64,000 nt of DNA from an uncultured Nitrososphaerota archaeon (GTDB lineage Archaea > Asgardarchaeota > Njordarchaeia > Njordarchaeales > Njordarchaeaceae), in NCBI GenBank assembly GCA_964518475.1, contig CAZFGR010000002.1:1-64000 (forward strand), given 5' to 3'. Below, in pieces: positions 9,036 through 20,410 of this stretch (position 1 is the first letter of the stretch; each line of letters begins with the position of its first letter). A program made the translations under genes and the position numbers. The notes below the pieces were generated by a model. The model saw only the letters and a program-made list of their open reading frames with translations. It was not told where the DNA came from and ran no database searches.

Positions 9036-10424
9036 ATGAAAATCAAGCCCCTACTAATCATCGGGTTATTCGCCCTAATGATAATTGCCTCAGCCCACAC
9101 AAGTGGTGTGAAGGCACAGGAATATAACGTGATCAATGAAACTCGTGATCTCGGCTGGATAACGCTGGCTACGAGTAGTAATTATACTGAAGTAGAGATC
9201 GAAAACACTCTCCAAAACACTACACCTTTCATGAATATGAACTATAGTTCTACATATAGGTTCGGATTATACAATGAATGGAATATTACAACGTCCTGTG
9301 GTGCTAGCTTACCAGTAAACCTTACAGTTATTATGCCCAAAAACGCTACTCCAGGAGAAAATGTGACAATAACCATAAGTATCGAGAGCTTACTTGGATA
9401 CGTCTTCTTCTCACTCGTAGGTTATCACTACTTAGAAACCGAGATAGAATTTGAGAATGAGATAGGATTCAAGGGTGAGAACGCTACTACAGAATACATT
9501 CGTAACGCCTTCTATTTCGCTCTAGAGCTTCTAAGCCAATATAACCAGTCCTGGCAACTTCCACTAGAGACTCCTATTGGATACTTTGAGCAGATTTTCA
9601 AGAATGTGTCAATGCACCTGGGTGACTTCTCGCTTGAACTAGAGATGGCTTACGAGCATGAAAGTAAGAATGAAACAGAGGTAAGTACTGAGCTTGAGGT
9701 ATCTGTTAGTGCATACTTACTCTTCGATGTCACAATAATAGCGAATACCACTGTAATCGGTACCGTAAATATTACTGGTACTGCTATAGATTCACCACAG
9801 ACTTACATATTAGAGTGGAACAGTGAAGGCGAGAAAACGATTGCTGTCCCAGTTAGTCCGAATGCTGGCCCCAACTCTACGATAGAACCATCAATTGGTC
9901 TAGAGTATGTTGTTCACCAATTCGAGATAATCTACAGCAACATTAGCTTAGCACTAGAGATAAATGAGTTAGAATTCGAGCAAGAAATCGAGCAAAAACT
10001 AGACGAGAATATGAAAAACACAACATTAGCGAAGAACTATTCTATGCTCTATGACAATCTAAAGACTATGTTAACAAGTATGCTAACTGAGCTAGTCATG
10101 GAGAACGCGTTTGGTTTCTGGAACGTGCCATACAATGTAACCGAGACAAAGCCCATTGAAAGAGAACATGAAAGAGAACATGAGGGAGAAATGGGATTAC
10201 TTGGTAGCTCAAGCAGCAACACTATCGAGAGCAAGAGCCCCTACACCGAGGCCCTACTACTATTCACTACCACTACAATATCAGTGATTACCAAGCCTCA
10301 AGGCTTTACGCTAGAGAGGATTACCGAGTTCCTATTCACGACGACTGGATTATTCGTGATAGCTAGTGTGATCGCGTCACTAGTTATTATCGGGTACATA
10401 GCTACTAGAAAAAACACTGGTTAA
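9036..10424 (+). CDS. Secreted, C-terminally membrane-anchored glycoprotein
   Basis: N-terminal signal peptide, about 19 N-x-S/T sequons counted by eye, C-terminal TM helix followed by RK, short EREH repeat. Confidence 0.8.
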   Translation: MKIKPLLIIGLFALMIIASAHTSGVKAQEYNVINETRDLGWITLATSSNYTEVEIENTLQNTTPFMNMNYSSTYRFGLYNEWNITTSCGASLPVNLTVIMPKNATPGENVTITISIESLLGYVFFSLVGYHYLETEIEFENEIGFKGENATTEYIRNAFYFALELLSQYNQSWQLPLETPIGYFEQIFKNVSMHLGDFSLELEMAYEHESKNETEVSTELEVSVSAYLLFDVTIIANTTVIGTVNITGTAIDSPQTYILEWNSEGEKTIAVPVSPNAGPNSTIEPSIGLEYVVHQFEIIYSNISLALEINELEFEQEIEQKLDENMKNTTLAKNYSMLYDNLKTMLTSMLTELVMENAFGFWNVPYNVTETKPIEREHEREHEGEMGLLGSSSSNTIESKSPYTEALLLFTTTTISVITKPQGFTLERITEFLFTTTGLFVIASVIASLVIIGYIATRKNTG

Positions 10425-10547
10425 AACTTTTTCTACTCCTTTTTTATTATTTTTCCCCTTTTCTCATTTTGAATAGAGATGACATTTCACTTAACTCCTA
10501 GAGACAAAAGAAATTGTGTTGAAGACATTGAATAACCTTGTCACTCG

Positions 10548-11330
10548 GTGTCTTGCTTGGATATTGACGAAAAGGCCTTCGAAAGAGTCTTTAAGGCTTT
10601 AAGTCATCCAAAGAGACGCGAGATTATCCGAATAATAGCTAAAAAAGGTGCTGTGAGCTATAAAGAATTGGCTAAACTAGAGCCCAAACCCGGAGTTCTG
10701 TATCATCACCTGAAACTATTGAAAGGATTGGTTTACCAAGACGAGAATAAACTCTATAGATTAACGAATAGCGGGTACAAAGCATTGGAATTAATGGAGA
10801 CCTTCTTTATAGAGCCTAAAGAGAGTTTTCCTCATAATATCTTGACCCCGAGAGGTTTTTTGGAAAGACTTGAGGGACGTAACTATTATCTCTTATTTCT
10901 TCTACTATACGCGTTATCTTATATTGTGTGGTTCTTTGATCCACGTTATACCCTGATTTTTCTTCTCGTAGTTCCTTTTGAAGCATCAGTTCTTGTTTCT
11001 TCAATTATCCCAGTAATAAGCTGGTTAGCCTCTACTCTAGTACTCTCCATAATAACCAGACTCGTCTTTCAAAGATTTGTGAATATACCTGACCTCGCCC
11101 TTAAGACCCTCCCCACATATCTACTCCTAAATATTCTTGGCCTCTTAATGGGATCTATCACTAATAAACTAGCCTTAGAAATCCTTTACATCGTTTTCGA
11201 AGCCTACGCCTTACTCCTGATCATCTCAGCAGTCAGTGTAGTCGCTAGAATAAGCCTAAGAAAATCCGCCTTGGTCGTTATACCCCTTCACTACGCTAGT
11301 TTAATAATTTACTTATTCCTAATTATATGA
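10548..11330 (+). CDS. ArsR-type winged HTH fused to a multi-pass membrane domain
   Basis: FKALSHPKRREII...LYHHLKLL...YRLT, followed by about 5 hydrophobic helices. Confidence 0.8.
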   Translation: MSCLDIDEKAFERVFKALSHPKRREIIRIIAKKGAVSYKELAKLEPKPGVLYHHLKLLKGLVYQDENKLYRLTNSGYKALELMETFFIEPKESFPHNILTPRGFLERLEGRNYYLLFLLLYALSYIVWFFDPRYTLIFLLVVPFEASVLVSSIIPVISWLASTLVLSIITRLVFQRFVNIPDLALKTLPTYLLLNILGLLMGSITNKLALEILYIVFEAYALLLIISAVSVVARISLRKSALVVIPLHYASLIIYLFLII

Positions 11331-11466
11331 AGGAAAATGAAGCAACCCCCTGTAACCATCTTTAAAGGAATGAGTAGAGATAGGTATTAAAAGAATAAAG
11401 CTTATCCAACAAATTTTCTAGCTCACTTAATTAGAGGCTAGTTTTTTCCTGAGTAAGAATTAGAAT

Positions 11467-12108
11467 TTATAGAGGTGCCTCTTTTAAGATCTCGGTCTCT
11501 TCTTGGGAGAGACCCGTGATATTTCTGAAAAGTATCTCGACTAGATCATCATATGTCTTTACTATGTCAATGAGGTTTTTCAGAGTTCTTGATTCGCCGA
11601 GGGCTGATTTGAAGCCTTCTCCAAGGGAGTCTCTTAGGGATAGTAAGTTGAGCGATAGAATACTTAGGCCTTCAGCGCTTAGGGCTACTGTTAGGTTACT
11701 CATCTCTTTTAGAAGATTCAAGAATGGAATCCATTGGAGAAAAATCTCTAGCTCCAGAGGATCACTTATTCTTTTGCCCGCGAATGCTTTGGGTGAATTA
11801 AAAACGAATCTTATCTCAGCATTTATCGCTTCGGACGGTGCTGGGTAGCGACGAAGAACATATTTGCCAGCCACCAATGATTTATCTTTAATGTACGTGA
11901 AAAAGATTACCTTCGATGCATGAAACGCTAACAAATCAAAATCCACGATACAAGCCTTAGTCTCGGAGTATAGAGGATTATAGGGATTCAGAGAAGCGGA
12001 AATAACATACTTCTGTTCCTCTCCCAAATCCCTCCTTGTCGATGTTCTTATCAATTGTGAATCACTATAGATAATTAAATACCTTTTATAATTCATTATT
12101 ACTAACAC
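11467..12108 (-). CDS. Hypothetical protein, possibly a 5'-degraded remnant
   Basis: 213-aa ORF with a weak start and no recognised motif. Confidence 0.45.
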   Translation of the reverse strand: MLVIMNYKRYLIIYSDSQLIRTSTRRDLGEEQKYVISASLNPYNPLYSETKACIVDFDLLAFHASKVIFFTYIKDKSLVAGKYVLRRYPAPSEAINAEIRFVFNSPKAFAGKRISDPLELEIFLQWIPFLNLLKEMSNLTVALSAEGLSILSLNLLSLRDSLGEGFKSALGESRTLKNLIDIVKTYDDLVEILFRNITGLSQEETEILKEAPL

Positions 12109-12636
12109 CTAAGAAGTGAAAATATAGTAACGATATAATCTAAAAAATAATAAGTTGCGTAGAATATTAAAAGGTATGTTCTCAAAAAATGGATAATCGG
12201 TAAGGAGGTAACATTTATTCAGGATAACTTTAACAAATCGATAACACTAGTAGAGAAGGCTGATTTTGTTGATACTTTACCCATTCTTACGCATTGTAGA
12301 AAACTTTAAGGAGAGCTTGAAGATTATACCAAGATGCTCTGATGCGAATTTGCGTTTTTCAGTTCAAGTACTGGTTTTGTATTGAGAATTATCGCATCTA
12401 TTGTGAATATTAGAGTGGGTATTCTCATTTTATCACCTATTTGAGAAGAAATATAAAGCTGAGCCGAGCCGGCGAAAAAGGAGTTTTGTATTGTTTATAG
12501 AAGCTAAAGCATTATACTTTTTCATGAATGCTATCCGATAAAAAATCTTTTAAATAGAAAATATTTTGAGAGAAGTATTAACTCGTCGTGTTTACCCTTT
12601 TGCTGGGAATGTTAAAAGATACGGTACCGTTGAGGT

Positions 12637-14697
12637 ATGTGTATGATCTGGCTTATCTTGGGTCTTGGGGCTAGTTTATCAGCAATATTCATCGCTTTTT
12701 TCCTAGCATTTTATGTCATTAAACAAGATCCAGGGACAGGAAGGATTTTAGAAATCGCGAACGCTATACAAGAGGGTGCTAGAGCTTTTCTCAAGGTTCA
12801 GAACCTCTACCTAGGACTGTTCGTCGTTGTTATGGCTGCTGTTTTAGCAGTGTTTATCCATCCTAACGTGGCTATAGCTTACGTTATCGGAGCCATTTGT
12901 TCTATGATTGCGGGAGTAATAGGAATGGAGACAGCGGTGAGAGCGAACGTAAGAACGACCAACTTGGCTAAGAAGAAGGGTCTCTTGAGTGCCTACAGAA
13001 TCGCTTATTTCGGCGGTAGCGTCATGGGATTCATGGTAGTGGGGATCGCTTTAGCTGGAATAACAATGCTCTACGCTATCTATAATAGCTTTGAGGTATT
13101 ACTAGGCTTTAGCTTTGGAGCAAGTGCTGTAGCCTTATTCACGAAGGCGGGTGGGGGTATCTATACGAAAACAGCTGATATCGCTGCTGATCTCGTAGGA
13201 AAGGTTGAGCTTGGATTACCGGAAGATGATCCCAGAAATCCAGCTGTTATAGCGGATAATGTGGGAGATAACGTAGGCGATGTGGCGGGAATGGCTTCTG
13301 ATCTATACGATTCTTATGTAGCTAGTATTATCGCAGCAATGGTTATTGGTTTCGAGATGTACATCTTTGGAAAACTCACTGTTGAGTACATCTTTTTACC
13401 CATTGTAATAGCTGGAGCGGGCATATTAGCATCCATTATAGCTCTTGTGATAGCTAATCTGATAAGATCAAATAATCCAGGACTCATAATGAACTTAATA
13501 ACTCTCATCGCTGTTGGTAGCTATATTGTGCTATTATACCTGATAATAAACTGGCTCGGAGTATCCATCGCCGCATTCTACGCAACTATCGCTGGTTTAC
13601 TAGCTGGAGCAATAATGGGACTAGCAACTGATTACTACACATCAATAGATAGGGGTCCTGTTAGGAAAATAGCGGAGGCTTCGGTAACTGGGACAGCAAT
13701 TAATATTCTTATGGGCTTTTCCTACGGAACACTCAGCATTATTCCCGGTATTATTGGTGTGTCAGCGGCCATGCTTGTCGCGTGGTATGTCTCCCTGTAC
13801 TTTGGTCTTTACCCAATCTATGGAATTGCTATCGCGGCTATAGGAATGTTGGGAATTGTGGGAACTATCGTATCCGCAGATGCTTATGGACCAATAGCAG
13901 ATAACGCAAAGGGTATTGCTGAACAAGCTGGTCTTGAGGAGGATGTCATAAGGATTCTTGATAGGCTAGACGCTGTTGGGAACACTACCAAGGCTATTAC
14001 TAAGGGATTCGCCATTGGCGCAGCTGCCTTAACCGTACTCGCCTTATTCGCCGCTTATGCAGAACTTGTAGATATCAAAATACTTCTGGACTCACCAAAT
14101 CCCGTAACAATAATTCCAATAAAGATACTCAATCTTGTTCATCCAAATATCGTGGCTGGATTATTGATAGGAGCAATGATGCCTCCCGTGATCGCTGCTT
14201 TACTAATACTAGCCGTAGCTAAGAATACTGAGGTGATGATTGAGGATATCAGAAAACAGGTTAAGGAGAGACCTGGAATTCTCGAAGGTACCGAAAAACC
14301 CGATTATGCCAGATGTGTTGGTATAGCGGAGAGAGGAGCGTTGAAAGAGCTTCTCCCCTCGGGAATATTGGCGATAATTGCTCCTATACTCACAGGAATT
14401 TTCCTAGGAGTCAGAGCATTAGCCGCTTTCTTAGCTGGAAGTATAATAACTGGATTCATTTATGCTCTCTTTATGGCTAACTCTGGAGGAGCTTGGGACA
14501 ACGCGAAGAAGTTCATCGAGGAAGGTCACTTCGGCGGGAAAGGATCAGAAGCCCACAAAGCTGCTGTAACAGGAGATACCGTAGGAGACCCCTTCAAAGA
14601 TACTGCTGGACCAACATTAAATACGATGATCACCGTGATGTCCTTAGTAGCCTCCACATTCGCACCGTTGATACTTCAATTAGCTCTCTTCCCATAA
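12637..14697 (+). CDS. hppA: Membrane-bound H+-translocating pyrophosphatase, K+-independent type
   Basis: [60 protein letters not shown]. The GNTTKA motif has Lys, which marks K+-independence. Confidence 0.95.
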   Translation: MCMIWLILGLGASLSAIFIAFFLAFYVIKQDPGTGRILEIANAIQEGARAFLKVQNLYLGLFVVVMAAVLAVFIHPNVAIAYVIGAICSMIAGVIGMETAVRANVRTTNLAKKKGLLSAYRIAYFGGSVMGFMVVGIALAGITMLYAIYNSFEVLLGFSFGASAVALFTKAGGGIYTKTADIAADLVGKVELGLPEDDPRNPAVIADNVGDNVGDVAGMASDLYDSYVASIIAAMVIGFEMYIFGKLTVEYIFLPIVIAGAGILASIIALVIANLIRSNNPGLIMNLITLIAVGSYIVLLYLIINWLGVSIAAFYATIAGLLAGAIMGLATDYYTSIDRGPVRKIAEASVTGTAINILMGFSYGTLSIIPGIIGVSAAMLVAWYVSLYFGLYPIYGIAIAAIGMLGIVGTIVSADAYGPIADNAKGIAEQAGLEEDVIRILDRLDAVGNTTKAITKGFAIGAAALTVLALFAAYAELVDIKILLDSPNPVTIIPIKILNLVHPNIVAGLLIGAMMPPVIAALLILAVAKNTEVMIEDIRKQVKERPGILEGTEKPDYARCVGIAERGALKELLPSGILAIIAPILTGIFLGVRALAAFLAGSIITGFIYALFMANSGGAWDNAKKFIEEGHFGGKGSEAHKAAVTGDTVGDPFKDTAGPTLNTMITVMSLVASTFAPLILQLALFP

Positions 14698-14851
14698 TCT
14701 CCTTATCCCTATTCTCTAATAACTCCATTTTTTTACTCAAAAACAGAAAAAGAGAGGCAATATCCCTTCTCGTTTCTTTTTATATAATGAGAAGTTTGTC
14801 AGCGAAGCTCAGCTTCATCATTGATCAGAGGTGCTTGGGGCTCATCATCCG

Positions 14852-15586
14852 CTACTTCATTAGTTCTTTTACTATTTCTATTATCTCCTCTAGATTACTT
14901 ATTATGTAGTCTGGTTTTAACTCTTTAGGCACTCCTAAACATTCGAAATTGATTTTGTACTCTCTATATACTGGTTCTGGTTTGCTTAATAGGACTCCGA
15001 TCATACCGATTCTTTTCGCTCCATAGATATCTATTTCTAAAACATCACCGACAAAGATTGATTTTTGAGGCTCTGTATTTAGCCTCCTTATCATTTCCCA
15101 ATAAATTATTGGATGTGGTTTCCTATACCCGATTTCACGGGATAAGACTACCGCATCAATGTATTTGATCAATGATTTCTTCTCTAGAAGTCTTCTTACA
15201 AGGAAAAGTGAAGTATTGGATAATACTCCAATTTTCAGACCCATTTCCTTAAGCGTCATGAGAACTTTTTTAGCCTCTGGTTTTAGGTTGTGTAGTTCGG
15301 CATCACTAACCTCTAGCATCGCTTGGTACGCTACCTCGTCGGGAATCTCTATGCCTAATCTCCTAAAACTCTCCTTGATTATTTCCTCAAAAGGAATTTC
15401 ACGCTGGGAACACGTAGATTCTCTCAAACATTCTCCTATAACATCATTCAAGATTTTTGGGAATTCTGGAGGTGTTGAAATATTGTAGTTGAGGAGCTTC
15501 TTTGCAATAATATTAGAGATCATTTTAATGTCCCATTTCGGCCAAGCCAGTACTCCACCGAAGTCAAAAATTATCGAATCAATCAC
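14852..15586 (-). CDS. HAD-superfamily hydrolase
   Basis: FDFGGVL, LSNT, RKPHP, FVGD...DIYGA. Confidence 0.9.
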   Translation of the reverse strand: MIDSIIFDFGGVLAWPKWDIKMISNIIAKKLLNYNISTPPEFPKILNDVIGECLRESTCSQREIPFEEIIKESFRRLGIEIPDEVAYQAMLEVSDAELHNLKPEAKKVLMTLKEMGLKIGVLSNTSLFLVRRLLEKKSLIKYIDAVVLSREIGYRKPHPIIYWEMIRRLNTEPQKSIFVGDVLEIDIYGAKRIGMIGVLLSKPEPVYREYKINFECLGVPKELKPDYIISNLEEIIEIVKELMK

Positions 15587-15609
15587 TTTAGCTCCCCTTA
15601 ATATTAATC

Positions 15610-16473
15610 CTACGCAATTGAATAATGTTCATGCTTCCAGAAGGATAATAACCGGGATATTTGCGCTCTTCGCAGTTTTTCCGGTCTCTTAACCATTTTA
15701 GTAGCTTGATTTGGACAGTTCAGTACACAGGCACCACATCCATAGCATGATAAATAATCAATTTTCGCCTTACCATCGACAATTCGACGAGCCTCGAATT
15801 GGCAGACCTCTACACAGATTCCGCATCCCTGGCATTTATTCGGATCTACATAAGCCACGTAATCCCCTGGATCAAATACGTGCAAACCAACTATTCTCTG
15901 AGCGAGGATAGGAATGCAGGAATGTTTGCAACAATGACATATGACGAATGATGTAAATGATCCACCAGCTATGCAGAATGCATAAACCATTGAGACAAGA
16001 CCACTCTTGTTCAACTGCTTCACAAGTTTCTTGGCTTCGGACTTAGTGATTAATTTATAGTCCTCTGGGAAGAAACTCTTGTAAATTATGGCTCCTGTCT
16101 TTATTGTCATATCTGTTTCTATTGGACAATCGCATGCCTTAGTAGCTACTCTACACCTACAACTACCTACGGAAATAGCTACGTTATCTGGTAACTCATC
16201 AATGTACTTCTCTACTTCCTTGTATGTCATTACTTTTCCATGCTGGCCAAGTCCTAACATTAATGCAGAGTTTAGAAGGATTACTGGGTATATCAGTAAC
16301 CTCCCAATTCTATTCTTGTAGGGACCTTTAAGGATAAGGTAATTAAGTTTAAGATACGGTATTTCGAAGCGTGCATAGAGCATGAGAGCGATTTTTCGCA
16401 AAATGCTTTTTTCAGTAGGCTTAAAATGTAGCAACCCCAAACAAACACCCACACACAAGTTTAATACTCGCAT
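15610..16473 (-). CDS. 2x[4Fe-4S] ferredoxin-domain protein
   Basis: CQGCGICVEVC and CYGCGACVLNCP, plus CRCR and CHCCKHSC clusters. Start uncertain. Confidence 0.85.
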   Translation of the reverse strand: MRVLNLCVGVCLGLLHFKPTEKSILRKIALMLYARFEIPYLKLNYLILKGPYKNRIGRLLIYPVILLNSALMLGLGQHGKVMTYKEVEKYIDELPDNVAISVGSCRCRVATKACDCPIETDMTIKTGAIIYKSFFPEDYKLITKSEAKKLVKQLNKSGLVSMVYAFCIAGGSFTSFVICHCCKHSCIPILAQRIVGLHVFDPGDYVAYVDPNKCQGCGICVEVCQFEARRIVDGKAKIDYLSCYGCGACVLNCPNQATKMVKRPEKLRRAQISRLLSFWKHEHYSIA

Positions 16474-16587
16474 CCGACCATTTATATTGAGTAGGTAGGA
16501 CTTTACGGATTCGTAGTAGTCTTGTTGATAATTTCTATAAATGTTTTACTGCTTTATGCTATATTGTCTAGCTCTTATAAGTTGGTG

Positions 16588-17424
16588 ATGCATGTGCCTA
16601 TAGTATTTGCTGGTATTGCTCCTCATGGAGATGAGATTATTCCCGTTCTCCATAGAGTTATTGATGAGGAAAGTAAGAAACTAATGGATGCGATGATTAA
16701 GTTTGCAGAGGAACTTGTTAGAAGAGATCCCGAGACAATAATAATAGCTACACCCCACAACCTGAGAATAACGCATCACATAGGCGTGATTATGACTTCT
16801 TACGGCGAGGGAGAATTCAGGACTGAGTATGGATCAATCCATATTAGGGTTCCTTGTAACCAAGAACTTGCCAAAGAGATCTATGAGGAGGCAAATAGAG
16901 CAGGCCTCCCTGTTGTTGGGGTTAATTACGGAGTTGCTAGTGGAGACCTCTCCACAATATCTTTGGATTGGGGAGCACTGATTCCGTTATGGTTCATAAA
17001 GGAAGAATATGAGAGATGGAATCGAAAATTGCCACCCATAATAGTTGTGACGCCCTCACGGGAAGTTCCACGTGAAGAATTGGTTAGATTCGGAGAAGTA
17101 ATCGTAGACGTTGTGGAGAGAAGAAATATTAGGGTAGCATTTATTGCTAGTGCGGATCATGCACATACTCATGATCCTCGAGGTCCTTATGGTTTTGATG
17201 AAAATGCAAGAATATTTGATACAAAACTAGTCTCGATAATCCAAGAGAATAAATTAGAGGAACTATTAAAGATTCCTCAAGAAATGATAGAACGGGCCAA
17301 GCCGGATAGCGTATGGCAACTCTTGATCCTCCATGGAGTATTGAAAAAGACCTCGTTAAGACTCCAAACTCTCACGTATGCTTGTCCAACCTATTTTGGA
17401 ATGCTGGTAGCGTATTATCTCTAA
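16588..17424 (+). CDS. LigB/Memo-like (class III extradiol dioxygenase fold) protein
   Basis: APHG, ATPHN, LDWGALIPLWF, IASADHAHTH..GPYG, YFGM. Start at 16588 follows a GGTG SD. Confidence 0.8.
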   Translation: MHVPIVFAGIAPHGDEIIPVLHRVIDEESKKLMDAMIKFAEELVRRDPETIIIATPHNLRITHHIGVIMTSYGEGEFRTEYGSIHIRVPCNQELAKEIYEEANRAGLPVVGVNYGVASGDLSTISLDWGALIPLWFIKEEYERWNRKLPPIIVVTPSREVPREELVRFGEVIVDVVERRNIRVAFIASADHAHTHDPRGPYGFDENARIFDTKLVSIIQENKLEELLKIPQEMIERAKPDSVWQLLILHGVLKKTSLRLQTLTYACPTYFGMLVAYYL

Positions 17425-17452
17425 AGAAAAGTGGAAAAGTGTTTTTTGCCAA

Positions 17453-17947
17453 TTATCTCTTTATTATCCTAATTATTATCCTAATAATGTATAGTGGTAC
17501 CGCGACTAGAAATCCTACTATGCAGATTTCGTAAATGGTTACTGATGGAAGCATATTGAGGAATGGATTAGTTAGAATTGGATATAGAGGCTTCATTTCG
17601 GGGTATAGAAACATATCAAGAATTACATGGCTATATGTGCCTATGAGGGAGGAGACTAAAATTTTTCTAAAACTCGTTGATTGCTCAAGCTTGAAAAGCT
17701 TTACTAGCCATAAGTAGTATCTCCTAAGTGGATAGAGAATTATCGATAAAAACACACCAGCTACTGTTGCTCCAAGGAAGGTGTGAAAGAGTCCATGGTA
17801 AGGTCCCTTATACGTGAATAAGAGATAGTATAGAGGCTCTAAATCGAGAATAACAGAGCCTAGGCAGAGAGCAAAAATGTCTAGGAATGGGAAAAATAAT
17901 AGCCCTATAAGAAGTGCAGGGCCTAGATGAAATGGTGTGAATGGCAT
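17453..17947 (-). CDS. Membrane-bound metal-dependent hydrolase (YdjM/DUF4184-like)
   Basis: MPFTPFH, DLEP, HGLFHT, SHVILD with hydrophobic helices. Confidence 0.8.
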   Translation of the reverse strand: MPFTPFHLGPALLIGLLFFPFLDIFALCLGSVILDLEPLYYLLFTYKGPYHGLFHTFLGATVAGVFLSIILYPLRRYYLWLVKLFKLEQSTSFRKILVSSLIGTYSHVILDMFLYPEMKPLYPILTNPFLNMLPSVTIYEICIVGFLVAVPLYIIRIIIRIIKR

Positions 17948-17960
17948 TTCTTAATCACCT

Positions 17961-18908
17961 CTATATTCCTTCTCTTAGGATTTTTCTCATTCTATCACCT
18001 ATACTGGAATAAATTCTTGACAAGATCTCAAATTCTTTTGGATCATAAAATCTGCATCTTCCCTCTGTGAACTCCTTCGCAACCTCTACACAGAAAGCTG
18101 TTGCTCTCTCTAGCCCAATGATGTAGTTAGCGCTTGTTGCGCAACCAGCTACTGGAATTTGAGTAGTGGTAGCGACCCCCACTACTGGGGAGCTGGTCAT
18201 TAGCCATGGGAGCATTATAGTGTTTATGTGGTAGACATCGACGTTAAAGGGTGTAATATCCTGCATCGTAATTGGAACAATTGCCGCGGGTCGACCCATT
18301 ACTCTTTCGTATATGTTTATTAGATCATCACTAACTTTCAACACTATTCCATCCTTTACCGTTGGGGTAATTGCGAAACCGTCTACCTTAATCACCCTAT
18401 TTGCTTTCGTGGCATCAATGGATAGGATAGCGTCCATAGCTGGATCTACTTCATGTTCTAGAATAGTTAACATATCCACTGGAGAACCTACAAAAGGAGC
18501 TGGTTCATGAGGAATGACCGGTGCTCTCGGACATATATGAGTGGTAACAATTACATCTCCCGATAAACTGTCTCCCCTCATCCGCATTTCCCACAACTTC
18601 AGGGCCGTTGCAAGAGCAATTATCGCCCCATCGGCATCCGAGACTAATCCCTTATACTTCGGTCTCGCCCCGATCCCACCTAACCTACCGATGACTCCTA
18701 GAGTAGGCGCTTTACCTCCAGAGAATTTTCCATTATCTCCAGGAATCATGATCTTTATGAAATCAGTAGTGCCCTTCCTACCCTCTAACGTCTTAAGCTC
18801 TATTTCGAACAATCCTTTAGACTCGAAGAATTTCTTAACCTTGGAACCGTTTATTCTAGAATCATCCAACAAGTCGATGATTTCAAGAACTTGTTTCAAA
18901 CAAGACAA
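17961..18908 (-). CDS. DUF1177 family protein
   Basis: TDF.K..IPG, APTLGVIGRLGGIGARP, GLVSDADGA, THICP, MDAILSIDATK, HINTI, FYD..EF. Confidence 0.8.
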   Translation of the reverse strand: MSCLKQVLEIIDLLDDSRINGSKVKKFFESKGLFEIELKTLEGRKGTTDFIKIMIPGDNGKFSGGKAPTLGVIGRLGGIGARPKYKGLVSDADGAIIALATALKLWEMRMRGDSLSGDVIVTTHICPRAPVIPHEPAPFVGSPVDMLTILEHEVDPAMDAILSIDATKANRVIKVDGFAITPTVKDGIVLKVSDDLINIYERVMGRPAAIVPITMQDITPFNVDVYHINTIMLPWLMTSSPVVGVATTTQIPVAGCATSANYIIGLERATAFCVEVAKEFTEGRCRFYDPKEFEILSRIYSSIGDRMRKILREGI

Positions 18909-19050
18909 AGTAAAGCACCAATACTGACTCCATCTAGTAAATTATTCCATAATATAATATATAATTAATAATAAAAGGATACCTTCGAGTCCCAGAACGA
19001 TGAAAGGCATTTTGATTAAATCCGCTTTAAAGCATCTTCTCTTTTCTGAT

Positions 19051-20202
19051 TTATTCTTTAACTGGTTTGAGAATCTCACTTGTGTGGAGTCGTTGATCAT
19101 GATTAATAGTTATTCCCAACATGCCCTCTTCTAATCCTTTAAGAAACTTTTTGATGTATCTCTTGTCAGCGCCTAGTCTCTTTAGTAAGTTTACTATATC
19201 TTTTTTCCTAATTATCTCGCGATTTGTTGCATATTTGATTATATGCTCTATTGTTGGCAAGTATCTTCCTTTTAGGTCGAGTCCGCTACATCTATAGGTA
19301 TGTAGCTCAAAGAACCCTTCTTTACAAGTCCCGAAAGTCATTCCTAAGCGTCTGGCTTTTTCTGCACAATACTTTGCAAGTTTATACCGGTATTCCCTCG
19401 GTGGTATTAGGTAGCCAGCAGCGTCCAGTTCTCCGCTGAGAATATATAGTTTCAAAAACTCGTCTAGGCATCCAATTCTATCTAGTGCGTACACCATATT
19501 ATCTAAAACCGTTTCTGAGAGTTTTAGTGTGCCATAGATTATGTGACTTGTACCAACTGTTGCTAGAGCTTCTAGTAATTCCTCCAATTCTTCCATATCA
19601 TCATTGACATATGGTATTACAGGCTGTATTCTCCCGATAACTCTGATACCATTCTCCACTAGTTCCTCAATAGCTTCTAGTCTCTTCTCTGGTGGCGGAG
19701 TTTTCCCCTCGAATAATGCAGTAATCCTTCGGTTAAGTGATATAAAGGATACATGCACACATACTAACTTTTTCTCACGAAGTTCTTTTAATAAGTCGAG
19801 ATCTCTAAGAACGAGGTCTGATTTAGTCACGATGAATACAGGGGCTTTGTGTTTAAGAAAGATTTTGAGGGTTTTTCTGGTTATCTCTAGATTCTTCTCG
19901 ATTGGTTGGTACGGATCCGTTGCCGAGCCTAGATCAACTGGTTGGAGATTTCTAGCTCTTTTGAGTCGAGCTAACTCTTTATCGATTCTTTCTGGAGCAT
20001 TTATCCTCGCCATTATTATGCGGTGGTATTCTGGATAAATAGCTCTAGCGAAACAGTAAGTGCACGCGAATTCGCATCCTAAATAGAGATTAGCTACTAA
20101 TCTATGGGGACAGTAACGAAAAACTTCCCATGATCTATCTATGGGGTGAATAATTTTTCTGCTTTGAGTCGCTACAACAATAGTCTTTTCTTGATTATTC
20201 AT
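19051..20202 (-). CDS. Radical SAM protein, SplB/Rv2578c-like family
   Basis: GCEFACTYCFA (CxxxCxxC), SATDPYQPIE, TKSDLVLRDLD. Confidence 0.85.
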   Translation of the reverse strand: MNNQEKTIVVATQSRKIIHPIDRSWEVFRYCPHRLVANLYLGCEFACTYCFARAIYPEYHRIIMARINAPERIDKELARLKRARNLQPVDLGSATDPYQPIEKNLEITRKTLKIFLKHKAPVFIVTKSDLVLRDLDLLKELREKKLVCVHVSFISLNRRITALFEGKTPPPEKRLEAIEELVENGIRVIGRIQPVIPYVNDDMEELEELLEALATVGTSHIIYGTLKLSETVLDNMVYALDRIGCLDEFLKLYILSGELDAAGYLIPPREYRYKLAKYCAEKARRLGMTFGTCKEGFFELHTYRCSGLDLKGRYLPTIEHIIKYATNREIIRKKDIVNLLKRLGADKRYIKKFLKGLEEGMLGITINHDQRLHTSEILKPVKE

Positions 20203-20410
20203 GTTGGCTCCCTATTAATCTTGATCCAAATTTTTTCTGCTGTTAGCTGAAAAAAGATCTGTTTCGTGGAATTTCTGCCTAGATCTGCATGTTGTGATAC
20301 TCTGTTGATTATCCTTTAAAACAGATCTAAAATTGTTTAAACCTGTTTAGGCAATTGATTTAAAAATGTTTAATAACCTCTCTACAAGTTGGGATATTAG
20401 GGTGATAACT

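Noticed and set aside
10158-10185. GAAAGAGAACAT tandem repeat
   Set aside because: Only two copies, encoding EREH; not a CRISPR or contingency locus.
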